DNA of 63,934 nucleotides, filler included, from Salisapilia sapeloensis CBS 127946 (lineage: Eukaryota > Protista > Oomycota): the NCBI GenBank assembly GCA_023334545.1. It is 14 parts of 14 records of this genome, joined end to end, with 100 filler letters (N's around TTAATTAATTAA, not from the genome) between each part and the next. Parts side by side here need not be neighbours in the genome. Positions count along the whole stretch, not along the records: positions 21,184 to 29,784 come from JAADVB010000484.1; positions 29,885 to 30,994 come from JAADVB010001304.1; positions 31,095 to 32,329 come from JAADVB010001237.1; 11 more parts are not named here. One strand, given 5' to 3'. The position numbers and the translations under genes were made by a program. Below are positions 21,184 to 32,329 of the stretch, in pieces; position 1 is the first letter of the stretch, and each line of letters opens with the position of its first letter. The notes beneath the pieces were generated by a model. That model saw nothing but the letters and a program-made list of their open reading frames with translations, searched no databases and had not been told where the DNA came from.

Positions 21184-22032
21184 AAGCATCATGGCAAGAT
21201 ACGCAATGACGGTGGCACCCCAGCTGGTCGGGAAGCCAAGGGCCGATAGCCCGGTCTCCGCTTTCGGGTAGATAGTAAACAAGAGGTTGTCAGAGATCTG
21301 GCAGCCAATTCCAGAGTAGGCAGATGAGCCGAGGATGAGGAAGAGACACGAGATGAAGGCAAGCGTCACACAGACAACGCGTGGCATGCGTTCGGGCTCC
21401 GAGTGTTCTCGGAAGAGGGCTGGGATAACGACACCAGCTCCGTAGGCGAGAGACAAGTTGCCAAAGACGGTCGCAACTTGATCAAAGTTGATGTTTGGCG
21501 TTGGGATGGGTCCATGACCTTCCATTCCGTATAAGAGGACGGCAACACCGATCACATCGGCAATGATCGTGCCGAGCGCTCCGGCAAATGCAGCAAAGGC
21601 TCCTTCTTTCAGGGTCGGCGTCAGGCAGACTGGGAGACACGTGATGGCCATAAGAATGATCCACGTGGTGGCACTGAAGGCGCCAGGGAAAAGTCCGTGG
21701 AGTAAGACGCCTCCAAGCACTAGGAACGCGCACGGAACTAAGAGGCAGACACCCATTTGAGCGATGACGACAAGGTAACGACCGATCTTACCCATGCTCC
21801 ATTCACCGAGGTCTCCGAGCGTTTTTACGCTGCTTGGAGCCTTTAGCAAGACTTTGCAGCAAACCGTAGAAGCATAGACGTTGGCGAATGCCATGAAAGC
21901 CATAGCAACGACGGCGAGGGCAGGCCCGGCACGCGAGAAATTGGCCGGCATGCCTAGTGTGCCAATACCGTAGACGCAGCAGAAGAGAGAGAAGCTGATC
22001 TTGGCATCGTCAAGTGTGAACCAGCGTGCCAT
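21184..22032 (-). CDS. AAAP amino-acid transporter, copy 1, 5' half
   Basis: 'FSLFCCVYGIGTLGMPANFSRAGP' N-terminus; ATG at 22032 lies 40 nt downstream of an Inr+FPR element; overlaps the contig end at 15438-15528. Confidence 0.9.
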
Positions 22033-22071
22033 GGCGATAGATTTCGTTCGGGTGCGCTGGGGACTGGCGAT

Positions 22072-22087
22072 CAAATTGAAGAGTGAC
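22072..22087 (-). promoter_or_regulatory. Oomycete Inr+FPR core promoter of AAAP copy 1
   Basis: Minus strand reads GTCACTCTTCAATTTG, matching Inr YCAYTYY plus FPR MWTTTNC-like, upstream of the ATG. Confidence 0.7.
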
Positions 22088-23483
22088 GAAATGCAACGAG
22101 CCGATCACATTGTGATTAAAGGTGGTATGGAAAGTGTATGTGGCTGCGATTATAGGCGGATCATCGGATGGTTTGAATTGTTCAGAGACGAGTGATCCGC
22201 GGCAGCTGGGAAGAAACTGACTTATTGGATCTTGCGCGTACATCTCGTCGTGATGTCTGTGGCCATATTGCGAGCTCACCTAGGTTACCAGTGACTGATT
22301 TCTGATCCGATTTATCACGCCATCTTTTGATCTTTCTCGCACTTTGATCCTTTATGGGCGTGATAGTCGTGGGATACCGTTGTGGCCGCTTTTTGCCTAC
22401 GTCAAACTAGCGCATCCTCTCACTTCGAACCGGCTCATTTGAGGCAATCACGGTGCTCTTTATCAATGCCTGCGTAAAAGTGATAGACCATTGCTACAAC
22501 GGTGCCACGAAATCGTTTGGGCATTTCAACAGCTCCATTCGGAGCGTTCCAGCGAACTCTATCATGAGCTGCGAGGAAAGAAAGGTTTATCAGCAACACA
22601 TTGCCTAACACGCTCCGGCTCTTGCAAGTCGCTTTATGATGACGATCGCGACAACTTTGTGCATTCATAATAGTTCAGTGCAACGTTAGGTAAACTTATC
22701 TGGGAACTATTTGTCCAGCTTTCCATTAAACAATATCGGATAGCATATATCCATGTTGATTCCCGAATAGTACCGCCCGGTATTTAATGCAGCGGTATGG
22801 GCTTGACCTTTCCACTTTACCGCTCTGGGTTTACCCCTGCCTTCCTGCAGGTCGCAAGGTGTGATGGAAAGGATCTGCTTTGTACCCATCGCCCGAGGTA
22901 TGCTTAAATTCAAGATCGGTTAAAAGTGGAAGATCCCACTTCCAATAGCAGATAAAAAGGAAATAAAATAGTCAGAGGTTTAATAGGTCAGCTGAGAGAA
23001 CAAGATCTTATCGCACAATTTTGGCAAGTTTGAGCCCCATATCTAGTATATCTATTGATAGATTCAAGGCTTGGCTATGACATCAACTTTGGAGCTTGAA
23101 TGTATCTCCAAATTGCCATGAACATTTCTTCCACTTGCAAGACTATGGCTTCTCCACGAAGCATTGCAGCCTGCTCTATGATCACACTTGGGTGTCTATC
23201 GGGTTTGTAAAGGAAGTGACGCACAAAGGAGTCCTCAATTACTCTCTCCATGCTATTACATGCAGCACGCACCTAGCTTGATGAGCAAGGGTTGATATGC
23301 TTATAAATCCACAGATAGCTGTGTGCGTAGCTATGTTCACGCAAATAACTCGTTAGTGCAGGTTTTCTAGCTAGAGTATCCGATGGCGTTGTACGCGGGC
23401 TATCTCCGCTTAAATTTCATCTAAGAATAGCCTATTTTGTACAAGAAGCCATCCCTCGTTGGGATTTCGCCGCCTTGCTGTAT

Positions 23484-25247
23484 ATGGCATCTTCTCCACA
23501 CTTGAACGCGTTTGTGCCATCTCCGCATGGTCATCCTTCAGACCTGGCATGGATGTTTCGTCTTGAAGCTGTACGCGAGCCACCGATGATTGATTTGAGG
23601 CGCAACCTACTTCAATTATGTTTTTCAACTGCAACAGAGCAAAAATGTTTCGATATATTTCGAAAGCACTACAAGAAACTGACTGCTTGTTTACTCATAA
23701 GCTTACTTGCATCGATCAGTGACTTGTATGTTGAAGCACAAGTTGGACAATACCTTGCTCTACTGTTCATCCCATTTACTCTCATTACACCAACCATGTC
23801 TATTCTCTTATATAGTCGCGACATATTGGTGCTGCTAGCAAAATCCGAGTACGAATTCTGGTTTTTCACTGCACTTAATCTAGGCAACTGGGTCATTGCA
23901 GCATTGATCTTCAATGAAATGAGAAGCATCATTCTTCTCATAGGACTGATAAGCGGACAACTGGTAGTGTTCATTGACGCCAATTTTAGGACGATCAAAC
24001 ACGCGACGAAATTTTACCTGCTGCTATCGCCCATCTTACTCATTATCGCGATTTCTGTTTACCTTGAAATCATGGGACTACGTAACATGAACTATTTTAC
24101 GATTCGGATAGGCCAAATAGACGTAAAGTCAAGTGATCTCCTCTTAAACTTGTCTACAACACTCACTGTCTTCATAGCACGAAAGTCATATTTAAAGCAC
24201 AAGCACATAAAGACAGCTAAACGAAGTAACAACGAAAACGTTCTCCGTTGCGTCATCCTCCGATCCAAACTACGAGTCCGCAAGGCAGATACGAAGCCTT
24301 CCTTGGCGCATAGAGATAAAAACGAAACCAAAAGTTATGGTAATTTCGAAGCCTCTGGTCTCCAACGACTTAGTCTGGCGTTCACTTCCGTTGGCGTCTT
24401 TGATGGGAGACATATCATGATAAGATCAATTCTACAACAGCTTTGCCAATCGATTGAAGGCTGGCAGATAATAATGTTTCACTCCCTAGGCATTTTCAGT
24501 GGGCTGCTTACTATGGTAGCATTGGCCACTAGACATCCTGATGCGTCCCGTTTGGTCATTCAGAGTGTGAATATCAGTGCATTTGTCTTGACTATTGCAT
24601 ACTGTAGCGTCTACCTTGCTTGCACCCATCGACGGCTTTTGCGTGCACTTTACTATAACTTTGACTTTCTATTCACATGGCTCCAATTCCTCATGATGAC
24701 TGCTCTTTTAATTGATGCAAATGAGTGGGGGTACAAGACATTTGGGCTGGCGGCATGGGGGATCTGGTTTCATTGGGTCGTGACGTTCGACGCAGTACTA
24801 CCACCATTTCGTAGACAGCTAAAAATTGCGAAACGAGGCTGTCTCGCAGTTGTACTCGTGACTATGCTTTACATTGCTATGGCGACGTATGTGATCGTGT
24901 TTACCGACTCAAGGCTGTCGAGATACTCGAAACGAATCTTGTTTTCATTTACTTTAAACAGCAAAGAAATATCATTTCGGATGGATAGTTTGCTTCTCAG
25001 TCGGCTCGTCACGGGGATGCTATGGAACTTTAAGCTCGTGTACGAGTACTGGTGTGCGCCGGAAGAAGAGCTTGTATTTTTGAAAGGGTCTCTACAGTAC
25101 TATAATCCGCTCGAGACATTTCCGGTAAAAGAGATCATGCCAGCAAAGGTAGAGCCTATAAACACTCTGGATGAAGCAGAGCTAGATACGCCTGTCATGC
25201 CCATGTCACCTCAACCATCGTCTGTCGATGGTTTACCTACATTGTAA
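23484..25247 (+). CDS. Oomycete-type multi-pass membrane protein (two similar hydrophobic halves), unknown function; the only intact copy of three
   Basis: 587-codon ORF. The two halves share a 'LLR.L...FEFWF / LLRALYYNFDFLF' pattern. Convergent with AAAP copy 2. Confidence 0.8.
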   Translation: MASSPHLNAFVPSPHGHPSDLAWMFRLEAVREPPMIDLRRNLLQLCFSTATEQKCFDIFRKHYKKLTACLLISLLASISDLYVEAQVGQYLALLFIPFTLITPTMSILLYSRDILVLLAKSEYEFWFFTALNLGNWVIAALIFNEMRSIILLIGLISGQLVVFIDANFRTIKHATKFYLLLSPILLIIAISVYLEIMGLRNMNYFTIRIGQIDVKSSDLLLNLSTTLTVFIARKSYLKHKHIKTAKRSNNENVLRCVILRSKLRVRKADTKPSLAHRDKNETKSYGNFEASGLQRLSLAFTSVGVFDGRHIMIRSILQQLCQSIEGWQIIMFHSLGIFSGLLTMVALATRHPDASRLVIQSVNISAFVLTIAYCSVYLACTHRRLLRALYYNFDFLFTWLQFLMMTALLIDANEWGYKTFGLAAWGIWFHWVVTFDAVLPPFRRQLKIAKRGCLAVVLVTMLYIAMATYVIVFTDSRLSRYSKRILFSFTLNSKEISFRMDSLLLSRLVTGMLWNFKLVYEYWCAPEEELVFLKGSLQYYNPLETFPVKEIMPAKVEPINTLDEAELDTPVMPMSPQPSSVDGLPTL

Positions 25248-25368
25248 GATTTCCACAGATAGCAGGTATGCGACGATAAAACGAAAGAATTACAATGTCA
25301 GGATAAACAGCTTTGTCATTTACGCAATACGTAAGTAGCTACGGTACATGACTCCACTCGTGACTCGC

Positions 25369-26832
25369 CTAATCGGAAGCAGTTGCATTGTAGTAAATGT
25401 CAAACTGGTTCTCGGCGTGGCAGAAGGGGAAGACAGGGTCATCTTCAGACTTTTCGTCGGGATTGAAGAGATCCTTGCCTGCTGTGATCGTAACGTAGCA
25501 TCCGAATACGAGACAAATGGTAACAACCAAAATAGCCGCAATCCTTTCATACCATGGAACAGAGCTCCAGCACTGCTTCAGGTAAAAGATGATAGGCAGA
25601 ATGATGCAGCTCACCGTGATGGAAGATGCGCCGGTGAAATTTGTCATGTCTGTGAAATGGTCTTGGAGCAAGATCGAAACGACGGCGAGCACTGTAACCA
25701 GCGCTAGCCGCATGATAACATACTTCACTCGATTCACGCCAGAGTACTCTGACAAGTCAACCTCGTAATCATTGTTTGTCTTCTCAATATCCGCCATGGA
25801 AGAGATCGAGTTCCTGTTAGATACCTGTGATATTTTCTCAGGAACGTCGACGGAGGGACTTTCCGCCATCACGTACAGTTCTTGCTCGGTTTCGTCCGAT
25901 GGCTTCTGGTGCATCTTCAGGAACATACGTTCGAGGATGTAGAAGGCAGGATGGACGTAAATTGCGAACGCAATCATAATGTGAAGCATCATGCCAAGGT
26001 AAGCAATAACGGTTGCACCCCAGTCGGAGTGGAAACCAAGGGTAGAGAGTCCGGTTTCCGCATCTGGGTAGATGGCGAAAAGAAGATTATCAGTGAGCTG
26101 GCAACCGATCCCAGAGTAGGTAGTGGACGCGAGGATAAGGAAGAGGCATGAGATAAAGCCAAGCGTCACGCAAACGATACCTTGCATGCGCTCGGGCTTC
26201 GAGTGTTCTCGGAAGAGGGTCGGAATGAGCACACCTGCAGCGTAGGCCATTGACAAATTGCCAAAGACGGTCGCAACTTGCTTGAAGTTAATGTCCGGCT
26301 TCGGAATGGGTCCATGGCCTTCCATTCCGTTCAAGAGCACGGCAACACCGATAACGTCAGAAACAATTGTGCCGAGCGCTCCGGCAAATGCAGCAAAGGC
26401 TCCTTCTTTCAGAGTCGGCGTCAGGCAGACTGGGAGACACGAGAGGCTCATGAGGATGATCCATACTGTTTTGCTAAAGGCTCCAGGGAACAGTCCGTCG
26501 AGCAAGCTACCTCCAAGGACTAAGAAATTGCAAGAGCCCAATAGGCAGACACCCATTTGAGCAACGACGACGAGGTAACGACCGGTTTTACCCATGCTCC
26601 ACTCGCCCAGGTCTCCCAGTGTTTTTACGCTGCGCGGTGCCTTCATCAAGGCCCTGCAACAGGCAATGGAGGCGTAGATATTGGCAAATGCCATAAAAGC
26701 AATAGCGACGACGGCGAGGGCAGGCCCGGCACGTGAGAAGTTGGTCGGCATGCCTAGTGTGCCAATACCGTAGACACAGCAGAAGAGCGAGAAGCTAGCC
26801 TTGACATCTTCAAATGTGACCCAGCGCCCCAT
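25369..26832 (-). CDS. AAAP amino-acid transporter, copy 2 (complete, intronless)
   Basis: Full 487-aa ORF with about 11 hydrophobic helices and the AAAP-type N-terminal 'GIGTLGMP' motif. Confidence 0.92.
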   Translation of the reverse strand: MGRWVTFEDVKASFSLFCCVYGIGTLGMPTNFSRAGPALAVVAIAFMAFANIYASIACCRALMKAPRSVKTLGDLGEWSMGKTGRYLVVVAQMGVCLLGSCNFLVLGGSLLDGLFPGAFSKTVWIILMSLSCLPVCLTPTLKEGAFAAFAGALGTIVSDVIGVAVLLNGMEGHGPIPKPDINFKQVATVFGNLSMAYAAGVLIPTLFREHSKPERMQGIVCVTLGFISCLFLILASTTYSGIGCQLTDNLLFAIYPDAETGLSTLGFHSDWGATVIAYLGMMLHIMIAFAIYVHPAFYILERMFLKMHQKPSDETEQELYVMAESPSVDVPEKISQVSNRNSISSMADIEKTNNDYEVDLSEYSGVNRVKYVIMRLALVTVLAVVSILLQDHFTDMTNFTGASSITVSCIILPIIFYLKQCWSSVPWYERIAAILVVTICLVFGCYVTITAGKDLFNPDEKSEDDPVFPFCHAENQFDIYYNATASD

Positions 26833-26871
26833 GGCAACGTAGATGGATCCGGTGCGTTGATGTCTGGAGAT

Positions 26872-26887
26872 CAAATCGAAGAGTGAT
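26872..26887 (-). promoter_or_regulatory. Inr+FPR-like core promoter of AAAP copy 2
   Basis: Minus strand reads ATCACTCTTCGATTTG, at the same distance from the ATG as in copy 1. Confidence 0.6.
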
Positions 26888-27773
26888 GAATTGGAACGAG
26901 CGGCTCACTTTGTGATTAAGAATGGCATGGGTCGTGCATGTAGATGAGACAATAGACAGACAATCGGATGTTTTGAATGGTTAAGGAGCGAACGATGAAT
27001 GGCAGCTGGGAAGAGATTGATGCATCAAATCCGATTTGCGTTTTTAGTTTGACGCTTACAGCGAGAGCGTGAGGTCCTATCGGTCACCATCGGCCACATT
27101 GTAGCCAATGTACCACGCCAGCTTTTGAATTGCCTTGCATTAGGATCCTCAACTGCCTTGCCACTCGAGGGATATCGGCTTGAGCGGATTCGATCAGCAT
27201 CAGTTGAGGGCATCCTCTCAACATAAACTGGCTCAAACAATACAGTCGCAGTGCAGTTTAGCATTGCAGGAGAAGCACCGCCAGGTCATTGCTGTGAATG
27301 ACAGAAAAACAGTCAGATATTTGACGAGGTCCCTTCAGAGTTTGCCATTGGTCTTCATCATGTGCTGCGAAGAAACGGTTTCTCAGCTACCTGTTGTGTA
27401 ATGTACTGGCTCTCTAAATCTGTTTGCGATGACAATTGATGCGGCTTCGTGGACTAGTATTGATTGGAGCTATTATTCATGTAAGTGTGATACCTATGGT
27501 GGTTAACTCTTCTACATTTGTAGAGTGCAGTTTGCATCTTTCCCATTGTGCCTGTAATCCAAGCTGTCCTTAACGAACTGGATTCGTCTCAGATATGTAA
27601 TCATACTTCGTCGACACTGTGCGTTTATTCGCTGAAATCATTTTAGTACGCAGATATTTGACCAACAAGCAACTTCCATTCCATGCTTATACTCTGCTAA
27701 GCAGACATAGCGATATTTTTGTAAAATTGACCACTGTAGCTACATATTAGGGGGTCAAGTTAAGGTTTTCATA

Positions 27774-28222
27774 TTTGGTATTAAGCAATCTCGTTAACTC
27801 TAAGCAAGTTTGAGCGTCAATTGTCAGTCCGTTACAAGCTACAATTGAGCAGAATCAGTTGCTTCTTTCTGTGTGTTTAAGCTGAAGTAGTATGGATGTT
27901 GCATTTGGAAGAGTTGCTTCCTTGCTTATGCAAGATTCGTGTGTAGAAGTGAGAATAAGCAGGATCTCTATCCAAACAGGATTTTGGAAACTTCCATCCC
28001 TATTCGACCGCTATGTTTAATTGCAATTGAGCTTAGTGCTTGAAGCTTACTCGTTTCATCCCTGATTGTCTGCTGTAAGTTTGCGATGCTTGTGACTCTT
28101 GATCTAGATGTAACAGTGAATTCACGCTGGCGTAGCTGCTCTATCTTTAGCCCTAGCTCGTTCAGACGTCTTCTCCGGTCCAGACTTTCAAGTCGTGTAC
28201 TCAGATCTGATCCTATTTTCAA
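27774..28222 (-). pseudogene. Decayed coiled-coil coding relic, including copy B of the dispersed repeat seen at 268-410
   Basis: ORF 27968-28222 is coiled-coil-like and continues, with stops, into the segment homologous to 268-410. Confidence 0.4.
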
Positions 28223-28727
28223 GTGTCATCTACATGCAGTATGCAGTGCCAACTCGGCAGCAATGCCTTTTATAATAATTGTTCAATAAAGGCACTAAAT
28301 AACAATTATTTATACCAATATAGTACATTGTGCACGCCCATAATGTCATGCTATGCCATTTTTCTTGGAACATGCGTAAATGATGACGACGTCAGCAACG
28401 CCAGAAGGATGTCGCGAAAAAGGTAACTTCCGAAGAGTCACTGCGACCATGGCGGCAAAGGTAAGATATCAGACATGAGATACCAGGAAATGGTTGCCAT
28501 CCATTGAAGGATGACAAAGAACAGTAGCAGGTTTTTCTTTTTATATCTAACATCAATATCATTTCTCAATTTTCGGTCAAAGCAGCAAGCGACTTCCAAC
28601 AATTTTGCCACAGTGGAAGAGGCCTGTAGTGCAGATGCTATAAAAGATAGACTACGTTGGCTAAAGATTTGTCTGCTAAAAGAAATATATGCTTATAAGT
28701 CGTTGAATGCCATGGGCAACAGGAAGA

Positions 28728-28925
28728 CTTGAATATTGAAGCTCGTGTACGAGTATTGGTGTGCACCGAAAGAAAAGCTTGTATTTTGAAAGCTTCTATA
28801 CAGCATTGTAGTCCGCTCGAGATGTTCCCGTCAAAAGAGATCGTGCCAGTGATGCCAGAGTCTAGCGCCTGCCAGGACGTGTCATTGCTCGGTGCTTCTG
28901 TCATTCCCATGTCACCCCCATTACC
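28728..28925 (+). pseudogene. Decayed 3' fragment of the 23484-25247 membrane-protein gene
   Basis: 'KLVYEYWCAPKEKLVF' followed by a 1-nt deletion (gtattttgaaa vs gtatttttgaaa), then 'PLEMFPSKEIVP' vs intact 'PLETFPVKEIMP'. Confidence 0.85.
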
Positions 28926-29078
28926 GCCCATTCCACTCTACTCCTACGCTGCAATGCTTCCATCGATAGCTCAATGAACGACTATAGCTGCGAAAAAATA
29001 TTATCACGAGAAACAACTTTGTCATTTAACCATTAAGTTTATAACTACAACACGCCACTCCACCTATAAACGACTCGC

Positions 29079-29784
29079 TTAGTCGGAAGCTGTGGCATTG
29101 TAATAAATCTCGAATTGGTTCTCGGCGTGGCAGAAGGGGAAGACAGGGTCATCTTCAGACTTTTCGTCGGGATTGAAGAGATTCTTACCACTTGTGTACG
29201 TGACGTAGCATCCGAACACAAGACAAACGGTAACAATCGCGATAGCTACAATCCTTTCATACCATGGAACAGAGCTCCAGCACTTCTTCAGGTAAAAGAT
29301 GATAGGCAGAATGATGCAGCTCACTGTGATGGCAGACGCACCTGTGAAATCCGTCAAGTCCAAAAAGTGGTCTTGGAGCAAGATCGAAACGACAACAAGT
29401 ACTGCAATCAATGCTAGTCGCATGATAATGTACTTGAAGCGGTTCGCACCAGTGTACTCGGATAACTCAGCATCATAGTCATCATTGACCCTCTCGATAT
29501 CCGCCATGGACGGAATCGAATTTCTGTGAGATGCCTGCGATACCTTCTCAGGAACATTGACCGATGGAGTTTCCACCGTCATGTACATCTCTTCTTCAGC
29601 TTCATCTAAAGGATTCTTGTGCATCTTAAGAAGCATACGTTCCAGGATGTAGAAGGCAGGGTGGAGGAGAAGCGAGAATGCGATCATAATGTGAAGCATC
29701 ATGGCAAGATACGCAATGACGGTGGCACCCCAGCTGGTCGGGAAGCCAAGGGCCGATAGCCCGGTCTCCGCTTTCGGGTAGATA
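29079..29784 (-). CDS. AAAP amino-acid transporter, copy 3, 3' half; 5' half not in window
   Basis: Paralog of 14823-15528; the last 141 bp are identical to 15388-15528. Confidence 0.88.
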
Positions 29785-30202
29785 NNNNNNNNNNNNNNNN
29801 NNNNNNNNNNNNNNNNNNNNNNNNNNNNTTAATTAATTAANNNNNNNNNNNNNNNNNNNNNNNNNNNNNNNNNNNNNNNNNNNNAAATGCCACACCCAGA
29901 AAGTATCGAAAATATATCTGGACTCTAGTTGAATCCAGTGCGTGCATGTTCCGTTCTCTTTCCTACCTAGACACGGTTCGCGTCCGGTGTATGGCTCGAT
30001 GGGAGTCGGAATGGTAGCTGAGACGACGCAGGCGCCGATCTTGGCTTGACACTGGTTGTATGACGGAATCACGATCTCATTTTCGTCCAATCCTGCCGAG
30101 GTCCCGACACGCATACAGAAGCCAAGAGTCTTTGGAAATCTTCAAGCGATGTTCAGCGGATCTGTCTACAATCACATTAAAGACTTGCTTTTTGTATGGG
30201 TG

Positions 30203-30916
30203 ATGGCGGTTCAGCTGGCGAGGTCCGCCTCGAATGTCTTTTTGCGCAGCTTGAGCCATCAAACGCCAAAGAGCGAAAGACCACTGAAAAAGCCAGAAGC
30301 TCCTGCCATGCACTCTTCTCCAGCGAGCCCTCCGCCCGCTAGCCACGACGCTAGCTCCCTCAGCGAGGCAGCAATGGCATTGCACCTGCTGTCCCAATCG
30401 CCTCCATCGTCCCCGTCTCCACCTCGCGCGTCTCCGCACAGTACCCCAACGTCGCATCCAGCTCGGCGACTGCGCTGGGGCAATGTCCGCACCGACACCT
30501 TTGCAGTCGCATTGGGTCGCAGTGGTGTGCCATCTCGAGGAGGTCCAGCCATCGGACTGGCCGACTCGCCCATCGCCATCAGCCACACCACCGTCGAGGA
30601 ACGGGAGCTCGAGATCCAGCACACGAAAGCGCGTCGGTTTTCACGCAAAGAGCGACTCGAGTTGCTCTCCACTGCCAACATCGATCGGGCACTCGTCAAA
30701 CGTAACGCTCGCGAAGCTAACCTCGTTCGCAAGTCCAGGAGACGCACCGTCATTGAGCTCAAGGCATTCGGCAGTGACGACGAGATGGATGATGAAGAGG
30801 ATGTCAGCACCCCCGTCCTGCAGAAAAGAACAGCAGAGGACATGTCAGTGGAAGGTGACGAGCTCAGCGGTCACCTGGTCAAACGGCCTCGCATGGTTCC
30901 TTCCAACTACATCTAA
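30203..30916 (+). CDS. Protein with a CSRNP-N-like motif and Ser/Pro-rich N-terminus
   Basis: 'RLRWGNVRTDTFAVALGRSGVPSRGGPAIGL' resembles the CSRNP-family 'V.F..V.V..F.R..G..SVPS.GG..LG' motif (recalled pattern, not searched). Acidic and basic C-terminal tracts. Confidence 0.55.
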   Translation: MAVQLARSASNVFLRSLSHQTPKSERPLKKPEAPAMHSSPASPPPASHDASSLSEAAMALHLLSQSPPSSPSPPRASPHSTPTSHPARRLRWGNVRTDTFAVALGRSGVPSRGGPAIGLADSPIAISHTTVEERELEIQHTKARRFSRKERLELLSTANIDRALVKRNAREANLVRKSRRRTVIELKAFGSDDEMDDEEDVSTPVLQKRTAEDMSVEGDELSGHLVKRPRMVPSNYI

Positions 30917-31170
30917 TGCTCGACGCCACTACCCTACTTAATGCCCAACAACTACATCACTCTAGATAGCCACGAACTGTCTACATGTAAATTANNNNNN
31001 NNNNNNNNNNNNNNNNNNNNNNNNNNNNNNNNNNNNNNTTAATTAATTAANNNNNNNNNNNNNNNNNNNNNNNNNNNNNNNNNNNNNNNNNNNNCAGGTC
31101 CTCAAATCCTCAAATCAAATTTGTCCCACTCCCTCATACTCAACTGACTGACTCTTTTGCTGTTACGAGA

Positions 31171-32329
31171 ATGCGTGGTGCCGATTTCTTACTATACGCT
31201 GCCGTTTTCGCAGTCTCCATCTCACCAAGCTTAGCACAAAGCGGAGATGGTGATATATGTGGAAACCTGGTCAATGTGCTCACAACAGACTGCTCGGATG
31301 GATGCCGCAGCAATTATTTCTGCGCTCGGCACGTGGTCGGCGATAAATGCGACTTTCATTGCCAAAAAGTGAAAGTTTATTCGAAGAATGGGATCAACGC
31401 GACGTACATACTGCTCGAATTTGGTAGTTACGAAAGCAAATGGTGGAAAAAATATGGTAGGGACGAAGGGTTGAATCAGGCTGTCGATCCGCTACCGAAC
31501 AGCAAACAAAGGTTGACGCGTTATAATAACGATGCGGTGAATACCATCGGATCTATAGAACTCCCTTCCAAAGCTGGCAAAATCGCTTTCCTAGGTACTT
31601 TCGATATATAACATTTAAAACTATGGCTTGACTGCTAACGATGATTATAGGTACGTCCGTAGCAACTAATAGTTATGAAAAAGGAAAGGTGGTAAATGCC
31701 ACCTTTGAAAACGGTTTTTTATCCGATTCTCCCGATGTCAAGGCTGTCGAGTTTGTAAGCATGGATTTCTCGGAACGCCGCCCTGACTTTACCAGGATGA
31801 CTGAAACAAAACTGGAGTATCTAGGTCTTCGAAACTGTCTATTGACAGAACTCCCAAAGAGCGTTTCTACAATGAACTGGCTGGCAATGCTCGATCTCCA
31901 GGGCAACGTTATGAATGCCTTTGATGCCAACCTAAGTTGGTCCGACTTTAGCAACTTAACGCTTAGTGATAACAACTTGACGTCGTTTACAGCAGAATTA
32001 CCGGAGGATATGGAGAATTTGGTCCTTAGTCACAACAAGCTATCTTCGCTCGATACAAAACTTCCAAAAACGATAGGAAGTCTGAAACTCGAGCACAATA
32101 GCTTCACATCCATACCTACAGCTCTTCAAAACGTCTCAGAGCTATCCATATTTTCGTTCGAGGACAATCCTCTGACCAATGTGAACGTGACACAACACAT
32201 TTTTAATTTATTAAATAATGCAACAGTGCACATGAACCATAAGGTGAATACGTCTGGATGCGAGAACGTGGAGAAATTACCAGACAACTCTAGCGTCTGT
32301 ATCACGGAGAATCTAGAGGATATGATCAA
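31171..32329 (+). CDS. Secreted or receptor LRR protein (signal peptide, Cys-rich N-terminus, LRRs); 3' end truncated
   Basis: Signal peptide 'MRGADFLLYAAVFAVSISPSLA'; intron 31595-31650 joins the two ORFs in frame; LxLxxN repeats (LGLRNC, LDLQGN, LTLSDN, LVLSHN, LKLEHN). Confidence 0.85.
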
